From positions 359,504 through 423,503 of the forward strand of contig OY764332.1 in NCBI GenBank assembly GCA_963668425.1: a DNA stretch of 64,000 bases, given 5' to 3'. Source of the stretch: Minisyncoccota bacterium (GTDB lineage: Bacteria; Patescibacteriota; Minisyncoccia; Phycocordibacterales; JABAAK01). The translations under genes and the position numbers were made by a program. This document shows, piece by piece, positions 19,126 to 28,303 of this stretch. The notes under the pieces were generated by a model. That model did not search any database. It was not told the origin of the DNA and saw only the letters and a program-made list of their open reading frames with translations. How positions within the stretch are numbered: the first letter of the stretch is position 1; every line of letters begins with the position of its first letter.

Positions 19126-19195
19126 AACCCTCGATACGGATAATCCGTATGCCGGTTTTCAAGACCGGTGCCTTCAACCACTCAGCCACCCCTCC
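19108..19195 (-). tRNA. tRNA-Ser (anticodon UGA) with a long variable arm.
   Basis: Manual fold: acceptor GGAGGGG/CCCCTCC, discriminator G, anticodon stem CCGGT/ACCGG with loop CUUGAAA, variable-arm hairpin ATACGGA-TTAT-CCGTAT, T-arm GAGGG-TTCGAAT-CCCTC. Confidence 0.85.
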
Positions 19196-19233
19196 AGTGT
19201 GTATGATACTGTATTTTGTCTGTGCGTGCTATT

Positions 19234-19791
19234 TTAGACAATCACTGTGGTGAGGCGATCTATGACAGTTGGTTCCAATGTTTCCTCTTTTGGTATTTCC
19301 ATCTCTGTTAAGGTGCGCTCTATGTCTTGTATGTGTACATCATAGATTGGGATAATTTCATTGATGTGTACTATTTTTTCTATTTTAAGTATGAGGCGGG
19401 CGCGGCTGCCTGGATCGTCTATAATATTGAATCCCTTGATGCATTTTGTTTCTATGAAGTCGTCATCCATGAACATGCCGATGGGTGTTATGTTGAATAG
19501 GAGGTGCTTGGGTTTTTTTCTCACAGTGCTTATGAGTGTGACGGTTGCAAGTGTAAGCAGTGCGCCGAATATGTAGTTTTTTGCGATGATTGTCAGTAGT
19601 ATTGCTCCAATGCCAATGATTATCATGAGCAGTTCCTTGTCTTTTGTGTACACCTTCTTTTCTTCGGTAAATTGCCACTTGATAAGTGACTTCATGTCTT
19701 CTGTGACATCTCTATTTTTTCTATTGCTACTTGTTTTTTCTGTTGTAGTGTGTTGTTTCATGTGCGTATGTAGGCAGTATACACCGCTCAT
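19234..19791 (-). CDS. Hypothetical membrane protein (two central TM helices).
   Basis: ORF with 'MIIIGIGAILLTIIAKNYIFGALLTLATVTLIST' hydrophobic hairpin. No family recognised. Confidence 0.35.
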   Translation of the reverse strand: MSGVYCLHTHMKQHTTTEKTSSNRKNRDVTEDMKSLIKWQFTEEKKVYTKDKELLMIIIGIGAILLTIIAKNYIFGALLTLATVTLISTVRKKPKHLLFNITPIGMFMDDDFIETKCIKGFNIIDDPGSRARLILKIEKIVHINEIIPIYDVHIQDIERTLTEMEIPKEETLEPTVIDRLTTVIV

Positions 19792-20059
19792 ACACAGTGA
19801 TTCGTCCGTCCGTTTTTATCTATGGCAGCATACTATTGTATGAGAAGGAGTATTTTTTCGTATCTCAATCTTTTTGTAACTTCGTTTCTATTTACGTATA
19901 GTATTGTGAATTTACTGGCACATTTTTTTGCGCGTTTTATATAGTTGGTGTACCTGTTGTTTGTGGATGGGGTGCTATTTGACTGTTGCGTGGTTAGATA
20001 GAGTGATTTTCGCTGTCGTTGGCACTGTGTTTTTGTTGTATTATGTATGATGTGGGTTT

Positions 20060-20133
20060 GGGCGATTAGCTCAGTTGGCTAGAGCGTCTGGTTTACACCC
20101 AGAAGGTCGCAGGTTCGAGCCCTGCATCGCCCA
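20060..20133 (+). tRNA. tRNA-Val (anticodon UAC).
   Basis: Manual fold: acceptor GGGCGAT/ATCGCCC, D-arm GCTC-AGTTGGCTA-GAGC, anticodon stem TCTGG/CCAGA with loop UUUACAC, T-arm GCAGG-TTCGAGC-CCTGC, discriminator A. No encoded CCA. Confidence 0.9.
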
Positions 20134-20156
20134 CCGAGGTCTGTAGTGTTATATGC

Positions 20157-20190
20157 GAAAAACCCTATGCAAATAGGGTTTTTATTTTGT
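20157..20190 (+). terminator. Rho-independent terminator after tRNA-Val (AACCCTAT-GCAA-ATAGGGTT + T-run).
   Basis: 8-bp perfect stem, tetraloop, followed by TTTTATTTT. Confidence 0.65.
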
Positions 20191-20294
20191 GCATCATCCA
20201 TACATTTGTGAATGATGCGTTTGTTGTTAAGCAACCTTTTGAGCTTTTTTGTGTGTGTGGTTGTGGTGGGTGGGGTATACTGGCGGTATAGAAT

Positions 20295-21035
20295 ATGTCG
20301 GATATGGAACCAGTGGTATTGTATGAGGACGCCTATATTGTGGCTATTGACAAGCCGTCGGGGCTAGTGGTGCATCAGGGAGTTGGGACTGATGAGACGC
20401 TGGTTGATTGGATTCTTGAGCGATACCCAGAGATGCGGGAGGTGGGGGAACGTGACTGCAACTTATTGCGACCTGGTATAGTGCATCGGCTTGACAAGGA
20501 GACCTCTGGGGTTATGGTGCTTGCAAGGCAGCAGGAAGTATTTGTGACATTGAAAAAGCATTTTCAGAAAGGGAAGGTTGAAAAGGAGTACCATGCTTTT
20601 GTGTATGGGAAGCCGCGGGAGTCGCGAGGGACGATTTCGTTGTCCATTGGGAAGAGCAGGTCTGACTTTCGGCGTTTTGCCACGCGACATATGCGAGGAG
20701 AGGTGCGTTCTGCGCGGACAGAGTACGTGGTCGTTGGATCGTGTGCGGAGGGGGTGTCGTTTGTGCGGTTTTATCCGAAGACGGGACGGACACACCAGAT
20801 TCGGGTGCATTCTCAATCGTTGCATACACCGATTGTGTGTGATTCACTGTATGCGGCAACGAAGTTGAAGATGTTGGGTTTCTCTCGGCTGGCATTGCAT
20901 TCACGGCGACTGTCGTTACAGGTGCATTGGTACAATAAAGTGTTGCATCTCGTTGCTCCACATCCTGCTGATTTTTTGCATGCACTTTCTTTTTGTGATG
21001 CTGCGGTGCAGAAGTCACTTTCGTTTCCGCGATAA
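20295..21035 (+). CDS. RluA-family pseudouridine synthase (no S4 domain).
   Basis: Catalytic motif 'VHRLDKETSGVMVLA' and overall RluA/RluC-family architecture. Confidence 0.8.
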   Translation: MSDMEPVVLYEDAYIVAIDKPSGLVVHQGVGTDETLVDWILERYPEMREVGERDCNLLRPGIVHRLDKETSGVMVLARQQEVFVTLKKHFQKGKVEKEYHAFVYGKPRESRGTISLSIGKSRSDFRRFATRHMRGEVRSARTEYVVVGSCAEGVSFVRFYPKTGRTHQIRVHSQSLHTPIVCDSLYAATKLKMLGFSRLALHSRRLSLQVHWYNKVLHLVAPHPADFLHALSFCDAAVQKSLSFPR

Positions 21036-21260
21036 TGGTATACTATTTTTGTTTAAAGTGGTGTATGGTTTTATTAGAGTCGTCACTGATTTTTAAAAAG
21101 TAGCTCTTTTAACTTGATGTAAAAAAAGGGGGTGATGGGTAGTGCGAATTTTTTTGCCACCTCTGGTTTTTTCGTTTTCTGAAACTATGGTTTGCATGCC
21201 CTGAAAGGGGGTGATCTAACATCTTAATGAGTGATTCTCTTGAGTCACTCATTATTTTTA

Positions 21261-21746
21261 TTAGTTGGCATTGTTGAATGCGGAGATGTAGGCATCTATA
21301 ATGGCACGGGTGGATTGTTGGACGGTCATACCAAGGTTATAGCATTTGAGTTGTCGCTCTTTTTCTTCGGTTTCTTGGTTGCGGAGGATGTTGTTTAGTT
21401 TTCCTGATGATTTCTGGAGATTGGTATATATTTTTTCGGTGAATTCGGCAAACTTTTCTCTTTCCTTGTGCAGATCTTCATTTTGTTCTACGTGACTTTT
21501 TATTTTTTCTATAGTTTGGGTTGCTGTTTCCATTATATTGTTACAGCGTTGGCGACAACTGTTGCCGTAGGTGGTTGCTTCAAAATCGCGTATCCTTGGA
21601 TCAATAAGAAGTTCTTCTGCGAAGATGTTTTTCAATTCGTTAAGGAGAGTATTCATTTTATCGACTGTGGTTGATTGTTCTTGTTTTGCTGTTGTTTGTC
21701 CAACATCCTTCTTCTTTTTTAATTTTGAAAGTATTTTTTTGAGCAT
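21261..21746 (-). CDS. Hypothetical coiled-coil protein, Lys-rich.
   Basis: Start moved to an internal ATG (MLKKILSKLKKKK) to avoid a 5' overlap with the divergent gene. Heptad-like charged sequence, no known motif. Confidence 0.3.
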   Translation of the reverse strand: MLKKILSKLKKKKDVGQTTAKQEQSTTVDKMNTLLNELKNIFAEELLIDPRIRDFEATTYGNSCRQRCNNIMETATQTIEKIKSHVEQNEDLHKEREKFAEFTEKIYTNLQKSSGKLNNILRNQETEEKERQLKCYNLGMTVQQSTRAIIDAYISAFNNAN

Positions 21747-21910
21747 ACGGCTGTAGTATATCTTATATTTTACTAAATATTGGTGTTGTGTTTTTGGCGT
21801 GGCACAATAGAGAATGTATGAGATTGCGCGATGTTTCACGAATGTTGTATTATGACAAGAGGAAGAGAGTGATTGATAAAAAGGCAAATCTTACCCGTCA
21901 GAAGGCAGAC

Positions 21911-23758
21911 ATGGATTCGCAATGGAGTGGTGAGGTTGAGCGACCGGTGCGGTCAAGGTACCTCGTGTATTTGACTATTGGAACTTTTTTGTTTTTTGTT
22001 ACAGCTGTTGCGACTGCATATTTTATTAGATATGCAGGCATTGATCGGACGGTTTCTCCGGAGAAGATCATGATTGTGACGCAGGGTGCAACTGCGGCTG
22101 ATGGTGGAGTTGCGGTGCCGTTGACGATACGGGTGGCAAATCAGAATTCTGTTGCTGTGGAAGGGGTGACTTTATACATTACGTATCCAAAAGGGGTTTA
22201 TATGTGGGAAGGTGATACTGTTGTGCCGCTTCAGAACAAAGATAAGGAATTGTTCTTGGGGGAAATACAACGAGGTGAGATACTAAATCGACATATTATG
22301 CCAGTGTTTTATGGAGAGAGTGGCGATGTGAAGGAGATTTCGTATTTGTTGGAGTATAAGGTTCCTGAGGTTGCGAAGCGACAGACGCGACGAGGATCGC
22401 ATGAGGTGTTGCTCCGCACCGCCCCTGTGTTGGTTAGTAAGCCGGAGTACAGTAGTGTGGTTGCAGGGAAGGAGGTGACTTTTACTTTTGATGTGCAGTC
22501 AAACTCTTCTTTTGTATTGCCAATGGTGTATGTTGATTTGCGATACCCTGTTGGTTTTACTCCGAAGCGTTTTTCACCACTTCCGGCTAATGTAGACGGG
22601 ACGGAGTGGCGGTTTCCTGGGTTGCGACCTGGCGCCAAAAAGACCATCACTATAACCGGCACGATTCGTGGCAAGGAACAAACACTACAAGCGATTTCCG
22701 CGCGTGCGCGCGTTGCGCCGTCTGGGGAAAAGTTTGTGGATGCTACTGTTGTTGCATCTGAAGAGGATGTTGTGGATGTTGGGGAGGCATTTCTTGACGT
22801 GCAGGTACGACTGAATGGTAAGATTTCTGATCGGATCATTGCTTCTCCTGGTGATGTGGTGCGGGGAGACGTTCGTTGGGTTAATCGGGATTCATCACAA
22901 CTGCATACTCTTGTTCTTACAGCGACCATTAGTGGGACAGGGTTAGATGAGAGTAGTATTGTTCCTGAAGATGGCGGGTACTTTGATGAGGTTAAGCGAT
23001 ATATCGTGTGGGATAAGGAGAGCGATAGGTCGTTTTCTTCTGTGCGTGTTGGCGATGGCGGTACTTCTTCTTTCACTTTTCGTGTTTTGCCGGATTTGGC
23101 TGAGTTTGTGCAGATGCAGCAGTCCATACAGGTGCATGTATCTGCGCAGGCACATCGGGTGAGCACCGGAGCGGTTGAGCGGATTGAGGATGTTGCGGTT
23201 GGTCAAGTAGATGTGCGGAGCGTGTTGCATGTCGTGGGGAATACACTATATTCAACGAGTGCGGTGCGGAATTCTGGACCGTTGCCGCCGCAGGTAGGGA
23301 AGGAGACTACCTATGTTTTGAAGTATTTTTTGAAGAACAGTGGTAATGATGTGTCTCAGATTGTGATTGTGGTGCCACTTGGGCGAGAGGTTGTGTTGAC
23401 AGATGTTACTTCGGGGATTGCGTTGAGTGAGTGGGAGTATGATGAAGATCAACATTTGGTGCTGGTACGTATACCACAGCTGGTGGCAGGTGGGCCTCGG
23501 TCAAGTCGATCGGTTGAGTTTCAGGTTGCGGTTAAGCCGCAGGGGCAGGATGTCGGTCGGCATCTTGTTTTGGCGAAGCGGGCAGAGTATAGCGCGCGGG
23601 ATGCTTATGTTGATGAAGTGTTTGAAGGCAGTGTTGATCCGTTAACTACAGAGATTACATCTGAGCCAGTAGGGGAGACAAGGGTTGTTGAATATCAGCG
23701 AGAGGTTGTTGAGCAGGGGCGGGTGGATATGGTTGATATTGTTACCCCTGTCCGCTGA
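21911..23758 (+). CDS. Large hypothetical membrane-anchored protein (~615 aa), N-terminal TM then a beta-rich extracellular-type sequence.
   Basis: Start placed at the ATG 'MDSQWSGE...' downstream of the overlap. 'YLVYLTIGTFLFFVTAVATAYFI' TM helix. No catalytic motifs. Confidence 0.35.
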   Translation: MDSQWSGEVERPVRSRYLVYLTIGTFLFFVTAVATAYFIRYAGIDRTVSPEKIMIVTQGATAADGGVAVPLTIRVANQNSVAVEGVTLYITYPKGVYMWEGDTVVPLQNKDKELFLGEIQRGEILNRHIMPVFYGESGDVKEISYLLEYKVPEVAKRQTRRGSHEVLLRTAPVLVSKPEYSSVVAGKEVTFTFDVQSNSSFVLPMVYVDLRYPVGFTPKRFSPLPANVDGTEWRFPGLRPGAKKTITITGTIRGKEQTLQAISARARVAPSGEKFVDATVVASEEDVVDVGEAFLDVQVRLNGKISDRIIASPGDVVRGDVRWVNRDSSQLHTLVLTATISGTGLDESSIVPEDGGYFDEVKRYIVWDKESDRSFSSVRVGDGGTSSFTFRVLPDLAEFVQMQQSIQVHVSAQAHRVSTGAVERIEDVAVGQVDVRSVLHVVGNTLYSTSAVRNSGPLPPQVGKETTYVLKYFLKNSGNDVSQIVIVVPLGREVVLTDVTSGIALSEWEYDEDQHLVLVRIPQLVAGGPRSSRSVEFQVAVKPQGQDVGRHLVLAKRAEYSARDAYVDEVFEGSVDPLTTEITSEPVGETRVVEYQREVVEQGRVDMVDIVTPVR

Positions 23759-23878
23759 ATATGTCTTGCTCCGTGCTGTAATTGTTACATGTTTGGCGTG
23801 TATTTCTTGCGAGAGGGTGGAGTGGCACTTGTTTGACATTATCTCAGTTGGCGTTTTGTGTGGTACGATAAAAGTGGC

Positions 23879-24925
23879 ATGAAGAGTAAGAATGTTACTA
23901 TACAGATTACTTCTGGCACGATTATTTTAGCACTGTTTTATTTGCTGGTTGCGTGGTTTTTGTATGAGATACGAGACATTCTTTTGATTGTTATCTCTGC
24001 AATTATATTTTCTATGGCACTAGCGCCGGGGAAACGTTTTTTTGCACGATTTAAGGTGCCGGAGCCGGTTACGGTGGTGCTGTTGTATGCAACAGCTTTT
24101 TTGGTGTTTTCTTATTTTTTGTATTCATTATTGCCGACCGTGCTGCAGCAGTATCAAGTGTTTTTAGAAACCTTGCCGAGTACCATTGACTCTATTAGAG
24201 GTGCAGCTGAAGGAACTGTTTTTGAAGGCATTATTGCCACGCACTCTATTGAGGCGTTGGCGAATTCACCGCAGCAGATAACAGAGACCGTACAGCGTCT
24301 GTTGCAGGTTGGCGGTGTCGGTGTCTTTTCTTTGTTTGGTGGGTTGGTGAACATAACGTTATTTTTTCTACTTACTTTCTTATTTGCGGTGAATCCAAAG
24401 TCATTGGACACCTTTTTGTTTGTTATGACACCTTTGAAATATCGGGAGTATGTGCTTGATTTGTGGGGTCGGGTGCAGGTGAAGATGAGTCAGTGGTTTC
24501 AGGGGCAGGCGTTGCTGATGCTTATCATCGGTGTCCTTACGTACTTGGCATTGGTTATTCTTGGCGTGCCAAATGCGCTGTTTTTATCAGTGTTTGCAGG
24601 TGTGATGGAGATTATTCCTATTTTTGGGCCGATTTTCGGTGCGATTCCGGCAGTTTTGATGGCATCAACAACCGGCAGTATCACTACGGTGTTTTTCGTG
24701 GTGGCATTATTTATTATTATTCAACAGCTTGAGAATAATCTGATCTATCCGTTAGTGGTGAGTAAGGTGGTTGGTATTTCATCTATACTTATTATTCTTG
24801 CTGCTGTGGTTGGAGGGGCGATTGCCGGGTTTGTTGGTGTGGTGATTTCAGTGCCATTGGCTGGGGTTATACAGGAGTTCTTTAGTGATGTGCGGGATGG
24901 GAAGTTAGAGAGGTTGCGATCTTGA
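23879..24925 (+). CDS. AI-2E/PerM-family (UPF0118) transporter-like polytopic membrane protein.
   Basis: ~8 predicted TM helices and a C-terminal conserved-looking 'GAIPAVL...VVSKVVGIS...VISVPLAGVIQEFF' region typical of the AI-2E family. Assigned by pattern memory only. Confidence 0.45.
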   Translation: MKSKNVTIQITSGTIILALFYLLVAWFLYEIRDILLIVISAIIFSMALAPGKRFFARFKVPEPVTVVLLYATAFLVFSYFLYSLLPTVLQQYQVFLETLPSTIDSIRGAAEGTVFEGIIATHSIEALANSPQQITETVQRLLQVGGVGVFSLFGGLVNITLFFLLTFLFAVNPKSLDTFLFVMTPLKYREYVLDLWGRVQVKMSQWFQGQALLMLIIGVLTYLALVILGVPNALFLSVFAGVMEIIPIFGPIFGAIPAVLMASTTGSITTVFFVVALFIIIQQLENNLIYPLVVSKVVGISSILIILAAVVGGAIAGFVGVVISVPLAGVIQEFFSDVRDGKLERLRS

Positions 24926-24979
24926 TTGTTGGTGAGCAGAGGTGTTGCGGTTTTGGTTTGCCCTGCTATACTGTGTAGT

Positions 24980-25468
24980 ATGGGAAATAAGAGTCCAGAG
25001 AAAGTGTATGAGGTGAGCTTTCATCTTATACCGACATTAGACGCAGATGGCGTTTTGAAAGTGTTTGAGCGAGTGAAGAAGGTTGTGTCGGAGACAGGGA
25101 AGGTGCTTAGTGAAGAGCATCCTGTGTTGCGTGATCTTGCATATATGATTCGACATACGGTTCGGCAACGTGATGGGTCGTATAATCGGTATACTGAGGC
25201 GCATTTTGGCTCTGTTAAGTTTTCGGCTCCTCGGGACAGTGTGAAGCAGGTTGAGCGGGCACTTTTAGATGATGATGAGGTGTTGCGATTTTTGATGCTT
25301 GAGACCTCTGCTGAGGATACTCGTGCCGGTGAGGTGTTGCCGGAGGATGAAGAGGAGAAAAAGGTGCGTGATGTTGCTGATACCTCTGGTGCGGATAAGC
25401 AGAAGCAGGAGGAGGGTGAGAGTGGTATTGCTGAACAGTCGAGCAAGGATAAGGATAGTGCAGAGTAA
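24980..25468 (+). CDS. rpsF: 30S ribosomal protein S6 with an acidic C-terminal tail.
   Basis: 'YEVSFHLIP...GKVLSEEHPVLRDLAYMI' matches the S6 fold pattern. It sits in the conserved rpsF-ssb-rpsR arrangement. E/D-rich tail. Confidence 0.65.
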   Translation: MGNKSPEKVYEVSFHLIPTLDADGVLKVFERVKKVVSETGKVLSEEHPVLRDLAYMIRHTVRQRDGSYNRYTEAHFGSVKFSAPRDSVKQVERALLDDDEVLRFLMLETSAEDTRAGEVLPEDEEEKKVRDVADTSGADKQKQEEGESGIAEQSSKDKDSAE

Positions 25469-25571
25469 GGACTCCTTTTAGTTTTTGATCTGTTATGGTG
25501 CGTAATAGGCGTTATTGTATGGGGGTAGCGTGAATATTATGTGGGTGGTATACTGATTGGCAAGGAAATAT

Positions 25572-26066
25572 ATGTTTGTAAACAAGGTAATGATATACGG
25601 CAACTTAACGCGGGATCCTGAACTTCGTCAGCTTCCGAGTGGTATTAATGTGGCGAATTTGGGTGTTGCGACTAATCGGTACTACAACAATCAGGAAGGG
25701 GAAAGAGTTGATGAGGCGGAATTTCATAACGTTGTGCTTTTTGGGCGATTGGCGGATCTTGCGCAGCAGTACTTGACAAAAGGTAGTGGGATTTTTATTG
25801 AAGGACGTTTGCGCACGAGCAGTTGGGATGATAAGGATACTGGACAGAAGCGATATCGGACGGAGATTGTTGGTGAACAGATGCAGTTTGGACCACGGCG
25901 GGATGGTGGTGGAGGTTCTGGGCAGGGTGGTGTTCAGCAGGCGACTCCTCCTGCACAGTCATCAACATCAAGAAGTGCGTCTGGTGCACCTAGTGCATCT
26001 AGTGCGCCTGCAAAAGCACCTGATTATCCTAAGGCGACTATTAACCCTGATGATATTCCATTTTAA
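25572..26066 (+). CDS. ssb: Single-stranded DNA-binding protein.
   Basis: OB-fold region 'MFVNKVMIYGNLTRDPELRQLPSG...VVLFGRLA', Gly/Gln-rich linker, and the C-terminal 'DDIPF' tip. Confidence 0.85.
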   Translation: MFVNKVMIYGNLTRDPELRQLPSGINVANLGVATNRYYNNQEGERVDEAEFHNVVLFGRLADLAQQYLTKGSGIFIEGRLRTSSWDDKDTGQKRYRTEIVGEQMQFGPRRDGGGGSGQGGVQQATPPAQSSTSRSASGAPSASSAPAKAPDYPKATINPDDIPF

Positions 26067-26081
26067 TATATTTATTTGCCT

Positions 26082-26300
26082 ATGCGTATGAAAAAAGGAG
26101 AACAATTTTGTTATTTTACAAAACATAACATACAATATGTTGACTATCGTGATGTACATCTGTTGACCCGTTTTGTTAATCCATATGGGAAGATGTTATC
26201 CCGACGCCGAAGCGGACTTTGTGCGAAATATCAGCGGAAAGTTAAGAAGGCAATAAAAAATGCACGGTATATGGCATTGATGCCATATATTAAGAAGTAG
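26082..26300 (+). CDS. rpsR: 30S ribosomal protein S18.
   Basis: 'MRMKKGEQFCYFTKHNIQYVDYRDVHLLTRFVNPYGKMLSRRRSGLCAKYQRKVKKAIKNARYMALMPY' is canonical S18. Confidence 0.8.
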   Translation: MRMKKGEQFCYFTKHNIQYVDYRDVHLLTRFVNPYGKMLSRRRSGLCAKYQRKVKKAIKNARYMALMPYIKK

Positions 26301-26331
26301 CGCTTGAGTATGTGCCTGATGTAGTGAGGTG

Positions 26332-26907
26332 CTAGTGGTTTTTTGTTATGCGCTCTGTATATTCGCCGGTTGTGGTGTTGATGCGGATACGATCACCTGT
26401 TTCTATGAAGAGGGGGGTGGTGATGGACGCACCGGTTTCTACCGTTACTTTTTTGGTGCCGCCTTGCGTGGTATTACCGCGGATGTTCGGTGGTGCCTCT
26501 TTGACGATGAGGTCAACCTTCATTGGTAGCTGTATTGTAATGATGGTGTCCTCCTCCTCCAGCGCAGTAACTTTTGTGCCGGATGGTATGAGGTGTATGT
26601 TTTGTATTGCGTCTGCAGGAACTGTTATTCTCTCCGATGGGTTGTTTTCAGGGTGTATCACCGCTTCATTATTACGAGTGTATACAAATATATAGCCCTC
26701 CTTTTTTAGTGATACTTTTTCAATTTTGTCTGATGTGTGGAGTGTTTTAACTGTTGTTGCACCCGTTTTGAGATTTTTCATACGGACTTGATTGGATCCT
26801 TTTTGACGACTCTTTTTGGAGAATGTTGCTGTAAGAGATTCATAGATGATACCATTCATTTTGAAATATGTACCCGCTTGTATTTCGGTGTAATCAAGAG
26901 ATGTCAT
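26332..26907 (-). CDS. efp: Elongation factor P.
   Basis: Three OB/KOW-like domains. 'GTYFKMNGIIYESLTATFSKKSRQKGSNQVRMKNLKTGA' contains the EF-P loop region. Confidence 0.85.
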   Translation of the reverse strand: MTSLDYTEIQAGTYFKMNGIIYESLTATFSKKSRQKGSNQVRMKNLKTGATTVKTLHTSDKIEKVSLKKEGYIFVYTRNNEAVIHPENNPSERITVPADAIQNIHLIPSGTKVTALEEEDTIITIQLPMKVDLIVKEAPPNIRGNTTQGGTKKVTVETGASITTPLFIETGDRIRINTTTGEYTERITKNH

Positions 26908-26913
26908 GGTGTG

Positions 26914-27972
26914 TTATTCACTGTTAGAGAGTTTTGTGTGAATTTCTTTTTCCAAATGTTCTTTAATTGGTTTGTTTTCTCGTAGGAATGTGCGTGCCGC
27001 ATCGTACCCTCTGCCGAGCTTATGCTCGCCGTAGCTGTATGATGCCGCTTTTTTGGTTATCAGGTCATATTTTTCTCCAAGCGCGAGAAGCTCACCTTCG
27101 CGTGTAATTCCCTCGTTGTACATTAGGTCAAACTCGGCACTGCGGTATGGTGCGCCGACCTTATTTTTTACCACCTTTACTCGCACGCGTCCTCCCATCA
27201 CTTCATCACCCTTTTTTATCTGTTGGATACGGCGTACATCAAGTCGCACGGAGCTGTAGAATTTTAATGCTTTTCCGCCTGATGTGGTCTCTGGATTGCC
27301 GAACATCACCCCAATTTGCATACGGATTTGGTTGATGAAGATAATGATTGTTGAGGAGCGGGAGACGATTGCTGTTAGTTTTCGTAGTGCCTGGCTCATC
27401 AGTCGCGCTTGACGACCGACATGATGTTCTCCCATGTCCCCCTCTATTTCTGCTTTTGGTGTTAGTGCTGCAACAGAATCAACCACGATGACATCCACAG
27501 TATTTGTGCGGGTTAATGAGTCAACAATGTCCAGTGCCTGCTCTCCGGTATCTGGTTGTGATACCAGCAACTCATCAAGTCGCACACCGATTCGTTTCGC
27601 GTAGCTCGGGTCAAGTGCGTGCTCTGCATCTACGAATGCGCAGATACCTTTCTGTTTTTGTGCTTCGGCAATGATGTGTAGTGCAAGCGTGGTCTTTCCG
27701 GATGATTCCGGTCCGAATATCTCAATGACTCTTCCGCGTGGCACACCACCGATGCCGATTGCAGTGTCAAGTCCAAGTGAGCCGGTTGGTATCGCTTCTA
27801 TTTTTTTGTGGGTTTCCTCGCCCATGCGTATGATGGACTCTTCGCCAAATTTTGTTTTGATGTCTGTCAATGCGTCATTCAGTGCGTTTGTATTTTTTGT
27901 GTTAGTATTCTTTCTTTTTTTCGGAAATACTTTCTTGTCTTTTTTTGTTGCTGTTTTCTTGAGTGGTGTCAT
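26914..27972 (-). CDS. recA: Recombinase RecA with a ~25-aa Lys-rich N-terminal extension.
   Basis: '[36 protein letters not shown]' (Walker A) and the L1/L2 loop regions are conserved. Confidence 0.9.
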   Translation of the reverse strand: MTPLKKTATKKDKKVFPKKRKNTNTKNTNALNDALTDIKTKFGEESIIRMGEETHKKIEAIPTGSLGLDTAIGIGGVPRGRVIEIFGPESSGKTTLALHIIAEAQKQKGICAFVDAEHALDPSYAKRIGVRLDELLVSQPDTGEQALDIVDSLTRTNTVDVIVVDSVAALTPKAEIEGDMGEHHVGRQARLMSQALRKLTAIVSRSSTIIIFINQIRMQIGVMFGNPETTSGGKALKFYSSVRLDVRRIQQIKKGDEVMGGRVRVKVVKNKVGAPYRSAEFDLMYNEGITREGELLALGEKYDLITKKAASYSYGEHKLGRGYDAARTFLRENKPIKEHLEKEIHTKLSNSE

Positions 27973-28300
27973 AGGGCTGTATGTAGAGAGGTAGGTAAAT
28001 AATTCGTTCGCGTTTTTGTCGGTTGTGTGCGTACAGTTTCACTATAGTATATCCTGCTGACAATACCAAATCTTTTTCAAAAAAACCTTTTTTATCGGGA
28101 TATATTCTTTGATCGTTGATACTGAGGTAGGTGCTGTTTTTTGTGAATCCACGTAGGGTGAATGTGTGCTGAATGTGTTGATGCATCTTTGGGAACAGCA
28201 CTTCAAGTGTTGGTCCGAATAGGAATGATTGTGCTCGGAAGAATGCGTAGGCACCGACGATGAGAACTATGATGAGAGCGGCTATGGTGCTTATGCGCAT
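27902..28300 (-). CDS. Hypothetical small membrane protein (N-terminal TM). Its 3' end overlaps the recA 5' end by ~70 nt.
   Basis: ORF between ftsK and recA on the same strand. '[21 protein letters not shown]' helix. Uncertain whether it is really expressed. Confidence 0.3.
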   Translation of the reverse strand: MRISTIAALIIVLIVGAYAFFRAQSFLFGPTLEVLFPKMHQHIQHTFTLRGFTKNSTYLSINDQRIYPDKKGFFEKDLVLSAGYTIVKLYAHNRQKRERIIYLPLYIQPYDTTQENSNKKRQESISEKKKEY

Positions 28301-28303
28301 ACG

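Noticed and set aside
22309-23166. 285-aa minus-strand ORF
   Set aside because: It sits inside the 21911..23758 +strand gene. Its composition (Ser/Thr/Cys-rich) is typical of antisense read-through.
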